Shown here: in pieces, positions 7,960-16,081 of the stretch | Layout of the letters: each line of letters starts with the position of its first letter | Position numbering within the stretch: position 1 is the first letter of the stretch | DNA from: Klebsiella pneumoniae | GTDB taxonomy: Bacteria; Pseudomonadota; Gammaproteobacteria; Pseudomonadales; CAMAPQ01 | Direction: 5' to 3' | Assembly (NCBI GenBank): GCA_945860125.1 | Contig: CAMAPQ010000002.1 | Coordinates: forward strand, 1 to 62,855 | Length of the DNA stretch: 62,855 nucleotides | Notes under the pieces: model-generated | Seen by the model: only the letters and a program-made list of their open reading frames with translations | What the model was told of the DNA's origin: nothing | The model's database searches: none | Made by a program: the position numbers and the translations under genes

Positions 7960-9309
7960 CTAATGCTTTTTACCCTTACCGCCAGTAACGGGGGAGGCCA
8001 TAAGCATGATGGTGCGATCCACGCCGCTGTCGGGGTGCTGTACGTTGATATAAGCGAGGTGGGGGTTAAATGGATCGAAATAAAGCCCTGTCGCCTCAGC
8101 ACCCACAGTATTCAGGCTTGCCCACTTGCCAATGGCTTCTGCCACGCCGTCATTGTCTTTATCAACGGCATACCATGTATCCTCGATACCACCTGGTTGG
8201 TCCTCAACAATATAGATATTATTTTCAGCATCAATTGCCAAGTTATCGGGGTTGGTAAATTCACTGCCTGCGGGGAAATCTGTCGCCATATCCTTAGTAT
8301 CACGGCTGGCAAATAATTTGACCTCCATTCGTTTGAGATCTATAGAAAAGACCTTGTGATTGGTCGTGGTAGCGACAAACAATATCTGGCTTTTATTGTT
8401 CAGCGTTTTTATTTCCATATCTTCAGGGCGATCAAATCCGGTCGCGAGAAATGCGGGAAGTTTTGGAGTGGCACGTCCGTCAATTTCAGTACCGTACACC
8501 AATACAGCGCCCGGTAAAGGCTTGCCGTCTTTATCTGTCAGCGCTATCCACTGTGCTTTTCCTGTCGCTTCTTTCACTGAGCCGTCACCCACCCGTAATA
8601 CTGAGGTTTCTCCTGCTGCAAAGTATTCATCCCCGTTTATGGCCTTAGGTGCTCTCGATTTAAACCTGAAGATATGGCTTGCGTTACGTTCATCGATAAA
8701 ATACAGGTTATTGTCCTTATCGAATGCAAGGCCTTCGTGTGATACGCGGGGGAGGATATTACGATGCTTAATCACAATAGCGGCGGGATCAGCCAAAGGA
8801 TTAATGACTTCGTAGAGACGGCCATAAAGGCTGACTGCCTGGCCTGGGTCACTCCAGGATTCTTCGCCTGTGAGATATGAACCCCAAGGTGTCCAGCGAG
8901 AGGCATCAAAAGCAACTTGGCTGCCAGGATTTTTGGCTTGCCAGATTGTCGTGGTTTGCATTGTGCGTAAATCTGTCCTCTGAATGCCAGCTTGACCCGT
9001 TTCAAATGGGGTGTACAAGTACCTGCCAGCATCAGGGCCATTTTCATTGACCGTTTGCATATCGTAACTGCCTGAGTCGAATCGCTCTATTTGTTGCGTG
9101 TCGCGGGTGACGATACTAACTTGTCGAAAGTCATCCGAGGATAGCCGAAACGGTGCAGACTCTGGCAGGGTGCCATTGTTTGTGTTGCCGACCAGTGGTG
9201 TAAAATCATCGAAATTTGTTGCAGCTGAAGCATTGTGCCCAGGGTCAGCTAGGGCGTGAGAAGCAACAATTGCAAGACCGACAGCAATGGATATTTTTTT
9301 TAGTGACAT
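7960..9309 (-). CDS. Secreted beta-propeller protein, PhoX/DUF839-like
   Basis: Sec signal peptide MSLKKISIAVGLAIVASHALA. Propeller-like repeats include NNLYFIDERN, FDRPEDMEI and TNPDNLAIDAENNIYIVEDQPGG, and the C-terminal YINVQHPDSG resembles the PhoX ...FVNIQHPG tail. At 449 aa it is shorter than typical PhoX. Confidence 0.5.
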   Translation of the reverse strand: MSLKKISIAVGLAIVASHALADPGHNASAATNFDDFTPLVGNTNNGTLPESAPFRLSSDDFRQVSIVTRDTQQIERFDSGSYDMQTVNENGPDAGRYLYTPFETGQAGIQRTDLRTMQTTTIWQAKNPGSQVAFDASRWTPWGSYLTGEESWSDPGQAVSLYGRLYEVINPLADPAAIVIKHRNILPRVSHEGLAFDKDNNLYFIDERNASHIFRFKSRAPKAINGDEYFAAGETSVLRVGDGSVKEATGKAQWIALTDKDGKPLPGAVLVYGTEIDGRATPKLPAFLATGFDRPEDMEIKTLNNKSQILFVATTTNHKVFSIDLKRMEVKLFASRDTKDMATDFPAGSEFTNPDNLAIDAENNIYIVEDQPGGIEDTWYAVDKDNDGVAEAIGKWASLNTVGAEATGLYFDPFNPHLAYINVQHPDSGVDRTIMLMASPVTGGKGKKH

Positions 9310-9599
9310 AGGAAAATACTCCGCGTGTGGTTAAACTGCTTGAGAATGGTTGCGTTACTTCGAGCAACATAAGAACGGCTCAGCTAGTTTTTTAAAACTA
9401 GCATTCCTGCAAAAATAACCGTGATCTGATTATCTTTGAGGTTAAGCGCAGGTAAACGATAGATTGCTGATATGACATTTTTAAGGCAGTGGCGTGAAAA
9501 TTTAGAGGCGCAATCATTTTTTGGTTTTTTGACGGCTCATTTATTCTTTTGCGTCATTTTTTGCGCTTATCTTTTTTGCCTTTTGTCCATTATGCTTAA

Positions 9600-9834
9600 T
9601 ATACCCAAAGTAATAGGGCTTACGCAAAATTGCCCAGCTTTATTGTCCTGCCTCGCCGTACAGCGTGTACTGTCTTCGTCAGGACGCCTTGCTGGAACAA
9701 TTCTGCGTAAGTCCTAAGTAATTGGAATCACGGTGAGGCGGCAAGAGCGTGAACCCCATGAGCATAGATAAACTATGTGATTGGGGTGAATGAACGCAGC
9801 CAACAATGCCGTGGTTTCAAGTACGAAGGGTGTA
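9600..9834 (-). repeat. B-type palindromic element copy B1 (about 127 bp family), interrupted by A-type element
   Basis: tatacccaaagtaat[A1]aagtaattggaatcacggtgaggcggcaagagcgtgaaccccatgagcatagataaactatgtgattggggtgaatgaacgcagccaacaatgccgtggtttcaagtacgaagggtgta. With A1 and one aagtaat removed it is nearly identical to the reverse complement of B2 (11984-12110). Confidence 0.85.
9615..9715 (+). mobile_element. A-type MITE-like palindromic element copy A1 (about 101 bp), nested in B1
   Basis: Runs agggcttacgcaaaattgcccagc...gctggaacaattctgcgtaagtcct with terminal inverted repeats. It is flanked by the direct repeat aagtaat (9608-9614 and 9716-9722), which is single-copy in uninterrupted B elements. 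Confidence 0.8.
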
Positions 9835-9860
9835 GAGGTTTTTGCATGAAGTAGCGTGCG

Positions 9861-11969
9861 ATGTCCAAGCACGGTAGCCGTAAAAAAGCCAAAAAATATA
9901 TCACGCTAAAATACAGAAGCCCTATGCTAAATAATGAAATAAAAAGTGCCGCATCTGCCATGCAAACTTTATTGGTTGTAGATGATATAGAAGCAAATTT
10001 TTTTGCGATTCAGCAAGTATTGGCTTCTTTACCTGTAACACTTCTTTTTGCAAAAAATGGGCAGGAAGCCTTGGATCAAATGATTGCAATAAAACCAGAT
10101 CTTGTTTTATTGGATGATGATATGCCAGGTATGGATGGTTATCAGGTTATTAATCAGCAGCAGTTTCATAAAGAAATTCGTCATATTCCTGTTCTTTTAA
10201 TGACCAGTAATTTGTTTAACGAAAAACAGATGCTGCATCAATATTTGTTAGATGTCGTTGATACTATTTCAAAGCCTTTGAATCAAGAAGCTTTGCTTGG
10301 CAAGCTAAAAGTAATTTTAGAAATTAATCGTTATAGAGACATTATTAAAACAATTGATTCAGATGAAGACAATGTGCTTCATTCAGCCAATGAGGGCATA
10401 TTGGGTATAGATGAAACAGGTTTAATTCGCTACGCTAATTCAGCCTCTGGTTATTTGCTCAAAATTCCGCCTTCTAAACTAGTGGGGATTTATGTCGAAG
10501 CTTTATTTGAAGAGGCACATCATACTGTTGGCAGTAAATGGCAAAATCATCCTATTCGTACGGTTTGTGAGCGGAAGACTATTTTACAAATTGATAAAAC
10601 CAAATTTTGGCGAGGTGATGGTACACCTCTTTTAGTACGTTTTGCTGCAGTGCCTGTTAATAATCTGGGTAATATTAAAGTCGTTATTGCTTTTAGAAGG
10701 CTAGAGCAGGAGAGTGAAGAAAAAATAAAGGGTTTATCGGGTACAGATGCACTTACAGGTTTGTGTACGCGTAAAAAATTTGAGGAAGAGCTTGACGTTA
10801 TTTTTACTGATAAAGCTCGAATACAGTCTGTTGCATTGAGTATTTTATATCTTGATTTAAATCACTTTAAGCATATTAATGAGTGTTTAGGCCACAATAC
10901 AGGCGATGAAGTGATGAAGTTGGTTGCTGATCGTTTACGTCAGTTATTGCGTTCTGGTGATGCTTTAGCGCGATCAAACGGCGATGAATTTATTATTTTA
11001 TTAAGTGATTTAACAGGAAAAGAAGATATTTTCGTTGTGGCTGAAAAAATTTGCAAGGCCATGCAAGAAGCTTTTTTATCCGGCGGGCATGAGATTTACT
11101 TGGGTTGTAATATTGGTGTTGCAACTTATCCACGTTGTGGTGATAGTGCAGCAATGCTGATTAAAAATGCTGCTTTTGCAGCAGAGCAGGCAAAAAAAAC
11201 AGGTCGCAATACCTATTGTTATTTTGATCCTAAGCTTAATGAAAAATTATCAGAACGTATTAAGCTCACCGCTCAGTTGCGTCATGCAATTGAAAAAGAG
11301 TCACTTTTGCTTGATAAGCAACCCATCAAGCTACTTGAATCTTCAAGTGAAGAAGAAGCTTTAGTGGGCTTTTATATCACCCCTTATTGGGCGCAATCTA
11401 ATATAGACTCTATGCCTTTTTCTAAGCTGTTTGAATTGGCTTTTAAGAATGATTTGTTATCTGTTGTGTGGGAGTGGACGCTCAAAAAAGTATTTGTGGA
11501 AATTAAAAGTCATAATAAAAATAATGATCGAAAACTCAAATGGATTATGCCTGTTACGCGAGATTTAATTCACTGTGGTTGTTTAATAACGCATGTTGCA
11601 TTGCTTGAGCAAATCATCTTGCAGGCAGATTGCCTGCTGGCTTTTGAGGAAAGTGCTTTTTTTGCAAGACCTAAGCCTTTGCAGGCGTTAAAGCAGCTTG
11701 CGCAAAATAAGGGTTTTTCATTTGCTTTATGGCAATTTGGGGGTGAATTTGGTTCTTTGGCCGTATTAGAAAACATGCCTATTAGTGTGGTTTATTTGGC
11801 TGATCATTTTATGACATTAACGTCATTATCAGATGAGAAATCGATGATCAGTTTTTATGTTGAAGCAGCAAAGCACTTCGGCATTGAATTATGGGGCAAA
11901 AAAAGCGATCATGCCGCTCAGGTTCGCCCCTTGCTTCAACACCTTGGTATAAAGGCTATTATGGGCTAA
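9861..11969 (+). CDS. Response regulator with REC-PAS-GGDEF(degenerate)-EAL-like(degenerate) architecture
   Basis: REC: LLVVDDIEAN...PDLVLLDDDMPGMDGYQV. PAS: ANEGILGIDETGLIRYANSASGYLL. GGDEF domain: DALTGLCTRKKFEEEL...LDLNHFKHINECLGHNTGDEV...SNGDEFIILL, where the signature is NGDEF. The C-terminal approximately 230 aa are EAL-sized but no EAL/ELxxR signature was found. Alternative starts are at 9924 and 9960. Confidence 0.75.
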   Translation: MSKHGSRKKAKKYITLKYRSPMLNNEIKSAASAMQTLLVVDDIEANFFAIQQVLASLPVTLLFAKNGQEALDQMIAIKPDLVLLDDDMPGMDGYQVINQQQFHKEIRHIPVLLMTSNLFNEKQMLHQYLLDVVDTISKPLNQEALLGKLKVILEINRYRDIIKTIDSDEDNVLHSANEGILGIDETGLIRYANSASGYLLKIPPSKLVGIYVEALFEEAHHTVGSKWQNHPIRTVCERKTILQIDKTKFWRGDGTPLLVRFAAVPVNNLGNIKVVIAFRRLEQESEEKIKGLSGTDALTGLCTRKKFEEELDVIFTDKARIQSVALSILYLDLNHFKHINECLGHNTGDEVMKLVADRLRQLLRSGDALARSNGDEFIILLSDLTGKEDIFVVAEKICKAMQEAFLSGGHEIYLGCNIGVATYPRCGDSAAMLIKNAAFAAEQAKKTGRNTYCYFDPKLNEKLSERIKLTAQLRHAIEKESLLLDKQPIKLLESSSEEEALVGFYITPYWAQSNIDSMPFSKLFELAFKNDLLSVVWEWTLKKVFVEIKSHNKNNDRKLKWIMPVTRDLIHCGCLITHVALLEQIILQADCLLAFEESAFFARPKPLQALKQLAQNKGFSFALWQFGGEFGSLAVLENMPISVVYLADHFMTLTSLSDEKSMISFYVEAAKHFGIELWGKKSDHAAQVRPLLQHLGIKAIMG

Positions 11970-11983
11970 TTCATAACAATGAA

Positions 11984-12110
11984 TATACCCTTCGTACTTG
12001 AAACCACGGCATTGTTGGCAGCGCTCATTCACCCCAATCACATAGTTTATCTATGCTCATGGGGTTCACGCTCTTGCCGCCTCACCGTGATTCCAATTAC
12101 TTTGGGTATA
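11984..12110 (+). repeat. B-type palindromic element copy B2
   Basis: tatacccttcgtacttgaaaccacggcattgttggcagcgctcattcaccccaatcacatagtttatctatgctcatggggttcacgctcttgccgcctcaccgtgattccaattactttgggtata. It starts 15 bp after the stop of the GGDEF gene and has TATACCC/GGGTATA termini. Confidence 0.85.
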
Positions 12111-12260
12111 GTTGTACGCTTGAGGTTACAAATCCTTTGTTGTTTTTCCTATAAAAAACTTGTTTATATTTTGCATAGCAATCTAGTTTATTCCTGCGCA
12201 TTCAGCATTGTTGTTTGCATTTATAATTAATTGGTATTAATCATTAGGCCGTTCTCTAGA

Positions 12261-14132
12261 ATGAAAGCAGTTCCACAATTCGCTTTGCAGGCTAAAAATT
12301 ATTTTTTTTTAAGGCCTTTTTTTTCGGCATTTTTATTATCTATTTTTCTTTTTTTACCCAGTTTTTCTTTTGGCTTATATGCGGATGATTACTATCTTTG
12401 GAATATTGTTCGTGGCGTGATATTTGAAGAAGAAAAATCTTCCTTTTGGCGTATGTTTTTTCATGGGTTTACTTTTTTTTCAGGTAATACGTTTGATACG
12501 CTGGGGTTAAAAGAGCAGGGTTTGGTTCCATGGTGGGCGAATGATGCTTTAAAAATAAATTTTTTTCGTCCTATTTCTTCTATAACGCATTGGTTCGATT
12601 TTTATTTCTTTTCATCTTATCCTTTGTTAATGCATGTACACTCATTTTTGTGGTTTACGGCACTTTTATGGGTAATTAATAAGTGGTATCAAGTTTTATT
12701 CCCCTTGGTTTCTGTTCAAAATAAAAAAATTGTTTTTATTGCGATTCTTATTTTCGTGCTTGATTTTAGTCATTCTTTTCCTTATTACTGGTTATCAAAT
12801 AGAAATATTATTATTGCCAGTTTTTTCTTATTTTCATCGCTGCTTTTTTTAGAGAAGGCAAAAAAACATTTCGGTTCTCATTATTTTTTTGCGATGCGCT
12901 ATTATTGTATTAGTCTATTGTTTTGGGATTTTGCTTTGTTAAGCGCAGAAAGCAGTTATTTCTCATTTTTTTATTTTATTCCTTACGTTTTTTTCTTTTT
13001 TAACTGTGCTTTCCAAAAAAAAGTAGCTTTATTAATACCTTATTTATTTATTCTGTTAGTGAATCTCTTTGTTTATCATTCGTTGGGTTATGGTGTTCTT
13101 TTTTCTGAGTTATATCTTGATCCTGTTAAACAAACTTTACTTTTTTCATCCTCTGTTTTTGAAAAGTTACCGTTGTATTTTTTTTCCAGCTTATCTGGGG
13201 TCGATGGTTTTTATGCGCAATTTTCAAATGGCATAAAGTTTTGTATTTGGCTTTTTTCTTTTTTAATAAGTGTCTTTTTCTTGGTGTTGGCAAGAAGGTC
13301 TATTGTGAATTGTAAGGTTACGACTTTTATCGCTATATTATGGGGTATCTCTTTATTTCCTTTAGCTGGTTTTACACTTTATAGTGCAAGAACACTTTTT
13401 TTAGCCAGTATTTTTGCCTCGCTTTTTTTAAGCGTGGTAATTGTTAAATCTTCACAAGGGTTATTTTTTTCAAGTTTAGTCATCAACCGTTTTGCTGTTA
13501 GGTTATTGTCTGGGTTACATATTTGGTTATCTTTATTCGCCTGGATAATTCTGGGGCTGTTATCTTTTTCCGGTAATTTAGAGATGAAACCTGCTTCATT
13601 AAATTATGGTTTTTTAACAAGCGCTCATAAAAAAGAAGTGGTGATTTTAAATCATCCTGATGTAATGGCGCATTTGTATTCATCTTTTATTTTTTCTAAT
13701 GCTTCAGAGGTTATGCCTTTAGTCATCGGCACTGCTTTCCAGAAAATGATTGTTAAGAATAAAAGTATGGGAAGTGGTGCGTGTCACTTACTGATTGAGT
13801 TTGAGCCTTATTTAATTACCGGCCAATCTTCCGGTTGGTGGAAAACAGATATTGTCTCAACTCAGTCATATTTTAATCCGCTATATTTTGGATTGAGTGC
13901 TGCCTCTATTTTTACGCCTGCTAACTGGTATATTGGCGATCAGTTTAGGGTGAGGGATGTGATGATTACCGTTGAAACACTTTCTGCTAAAGGGAATGTT
14001 AAAAGTATTGATATTAACTTTGTGAATGTGGAAAGTTGTAATGATATTCTTTTTTTGCAGTGGCGCAATCAGCAGCAGCAGTATGAAGAAATAAATCTAT
14101 CTAAATTGGGGGCTGATTTTGGTGTGATATGA
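12261..14132 (+). CDS. Polytopic inner-membrane protein with C-terminal soluble domain (possible GT-C-type glycosyltransferase); paralog 1
   Basis: More than 10 hydrophobic segments, very Phe/Leu-rich. The first loop has an ADDYYLWNI acidic motif. The conserved block VPWWANDALKINFFRPISSITHWFDFYFFSSYPLLMHVHSFLWF is shared with the next gene. Start taken at the ATG at 12261. Confidence 0.55.
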   Translation: MKAVPQFALQAKNYFFLRPFFSAFLLSIFLFLPSFSFGLYADDYYLWNIVRGVIFEEEKSSFWRMFFHGFTFFSGNTFDTLGLKEQGLVPWWANDALKINFFRPISSITHWFDFYFFSSYPLLMHVHSFLWFTALLWVINKWYQVLFPLVSVQNKKIVFIAILIFVLDFSHSFPYYWLSNRNIIIASFFLFSSLLFLEKAKKHFGSHYFFAMRYYCISLLFWDFALLSAESSYFSFFYFIPYVFFFFNCAFQKKVALLIPYLFILLVNLFVYHSLGYGVLFSELYLDPVKQTLLFSSSVFEKLPLYFFSSLSGVDGFYAQFSNGIKFCIWLFSFLISVFFLVLARRSIVNCKVTTFIAILWGISLFPLAGFTLYSARTLFLASIFASLFLSVVIVKSSQGLFFSSLVINRFAVRLLSGLHIWLSLFAWIILGLLSFSGNLEMKPASLNYGFLTSAHKKEVVILNHPDVMAHLYSSFIFSNASEVMPLVIGTAFQKMIVKNKSMGSGACHLLIEFEPYLITGQSSGWWKTDIVSTQSYFNPLYFGLSAASIFTPANWYIGDQFRVRDVMITVETLSAKGNVKSIDINFVNVESCNDILFLQWRNQQQQYEEINLSKLGADFGVI

Positions 14133-16081
14133 AAATAATAGCCTGCTTTTATCGTTTCTGGATTTTCTTTTTTAATAAGCTGCAACATGTAGCTTCGCCT
14201 GGTACTTGGTTAAGTATCTTGGCGGTATGTGTTGTGTTGCCGAGTATAACGCTTGGTTTTGTGGCCGATGATTTTGTGCATAGAAATATCATTTTTTGTG
14301 ATTTAAAACCTTTTGAGTCAGGTATTTGTAAGAATCAATTAGCTGATTTATGGTATGCAATTAACCATGCTTTTAATTTTCATGATGCTGAAAATCAGAC
14401 AATTAGAGCAGGCGTGCAAACCGGCTTTATGCCTTGGTGGAGTAACCCTGAGCTTCACTGGTCTATGGCAAGACCGCTCGCTGCTTTTTTTCATTGGTTA
14501 GATTTTGCGCTTTGGCCTAATTCCCCTAGTTTAATGCATGTTCACAATGCGTTATGGTTTGGTCTTTTGCTTTTTGTCATGTTTAAAACCGCCTTTCGTA
14601 TTGCCAAAGATTCTGGTTATCAGCATACGGATAAAATGCTGCTTATTGGTTCATTGATTTTTATTTTTGATTTTAGTCATTTTGAAGGTTTGTATTGGTT
14701 GGCTGCGCGTAACATGGAAATTTCTATGGTATTTCTATGGAGTGCTTTATATTTTTATCATCGATGGAGTATTGAGAAAAAAAGCTTGCTTTTTTTAATC
14801 AGTCTTTTTTCTTTTTTTGGCTCATTGTTATCTGCTGAGATGGGCGTGATGACCGTAATGGTGCTTGCTGTTTATATTTTTGTTTTTGCAGCAAGGCCTT
14901 ATAAAAGACATGCTCTTGCGCTGCTTATTTATTTTGTGGTGTTTTTATTTTGGAAGAATCTTTATGTTTATTTAGGTTTTGGTAATTCAGGTGGCCAGCT
15001 TTATATTGATCCAACAATGGCGCCTTTTGATTTTTTTCGTCAAATGTGGCAGTTATTACCGATTTATATTTTTGCCCATTTTTCGGCTGTCGATGGTTTT
15101 AGCTTATTGCTGAATAAAGTGGGTATGTTTTTTTACTGGTTATTTTGTTTAGTTATGGTGTTTTATCTCTTGGCAAGGGCCCGTAAATTTATTCAAAGTA
15201 ATCTTTGGGTTTTATTTTGTTTTTTGGGTTTCCTTGCTTGTCTTATTCCTATTTGTGCGTTGCCAACGGAGCGTGGCCGGTTACTTTTTTCGGCTAGTAC
15301 GTTTGGTTGTTTCTTTTTGGCGGCAGTGATCATCGAGCTAATGAAAAAATTTGAGCAATCTGGGCGGGTTTTTTATCAGCTTATGACGGTTGTTATGTTT
15401 AATATACATATTGGTTTATCTGTGCTTATTGCCTTGTTTCTTTTTGTTTTTACACTTTTTGGCAGTTTTGCGCATGAGACTACCTCTCATTTTCGATTTG
15501 AAAAGCATCTTGATGTTGAAAATCGTTCTTTAGTCATTATTAATGAGCCTTTTTATTTTGAAAAAATATATTGGAAAATGCATGCTAATTGGTATCATGG
15601 TGCGTCACCACGTAACATGCTTGCTTTATTTGATGGCTTAAGTCCTGTTCGTATTCATCGTAAAACAGAAAACTTGTTTTTGGTGGAAAGCATTTATGGC
15701 TTGCAAGCAGGCCACTCAACTTATCTTTTAAATGCCTTTCCCCTTGGCATGGCACATTATTTTGAAAAAATGGATCGGCATTTTATAGGTTCGGATCAAA
15801 TCTTTTTTGTGGGCATGTCTTTCAATGTGAGAGATATTGCAATTACCGTTGAGGCGGTTAATGATTTTAATCGCCCAACCCGTGTGAGCTTTGAATTTAC
15901 GCAAGGCCTACCTTCTGATCAGTTGTGGATTTATTGGGATTGGCTTAGCGGTGAATACAAAACATTTCAATTGCCTGCTATAGGCGAAGCCGCCGTAATC
16001 GGTGGTCCTTTTATGGATGGAGTCATGCCAACTAAAGTGGAGAATCATAAAGCAGATGAATCAAACAGTAATGTCAAATAA
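14129..16081 (+). CDS. Polytopic inner-membrane protein with C-terminal soluble domain (possible GT-C-type glycosyltransferase); paralog 2
   Basis: Paralogous to 12261-14132, with FVADDFVHRNI, MPWWSNPELHWSMARPLAAFFHWLDFALWPNSPSLMHVHNALWF, and C-terminal VRDIAITVEAV versus VRDVMITVETL. There is an ATGA start/stop overlap with the upstream gene. Confidence 0.55.
   Translation: MKIIACFYRFWIFFFNKLQHVASPGTWLSILAVCVVLPSITLGFVADDFVHRNIIFCDLKPFESGICKNQLADLWYAINHAFNFHDAENQTIRAGVQTGFMPWWSNPELHWSMARPLAAFFHWLDFALWPNSPSLMHVHNALWFGLLLFVMFKTAFRIAKDSGYQHTDKMLLIGSLIFIFDFSHFEGLYWLAARNMEISMVFLWSALYFYHRWSIEKKSLLFLISLFSFFGSLLSAEMGVMTVMVLAVYIFVFAARPYKRHALALLIYFVVFLFWKNLYVYLGFGNSGGQLYIDPTMAPFDFFRQMWQLLPIYIFAHFSAVDGFSLLLNKVGMFFYWLFCLVMVFYLLARARKFIQSNLWVLFCFLGFLACLIPICALPTERGRLLFSASTFGCFFLAAVIIELMKKFEQSGRVFYQLMTVVMFNIHIGLSVLIALFLFVFTLFGSFAHETTSHFRFEKHLDVENRSLVIINEPFYFEKIYWKMHANWYHGASPRNMLALFDGLSPVRIHRKTENLFLVESIYGLQAGHSTYLLNAFPLGMAHYFEKMDRHFIGSDQIFFVGMSFNVRDIAITVEAVNDFNRPTRVSFEFTQGLPSDQLWIYWDWLSGEYKTFQLPAIGEAAVIGGPFMDGVMPTKVENHKADESNSNVK

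Noticed and set aside
7963-9047. Several 60-150 aa ORFs on both strands inside 7960-9309
   Set aside because: All are nested within or antisense to the 449-aa PhoX-like CDS, which has a signal peptide and family motifs. No independent support exists.
9472-9717. 81-aa ORF upstream of the GGDEF gene
   Set aside because: Its 3' half is the translation of the A1 MITE nested in B1. There is no coding signal, and the hydrophobic low-complexity sequence comes from T-rich DNA.
11979-12230. 83-aa ORF after the GGDEF gene
   Set aside because: It is almost entirely the translation of B-type element copy B2. The same 'protein' would recur at every B copy.
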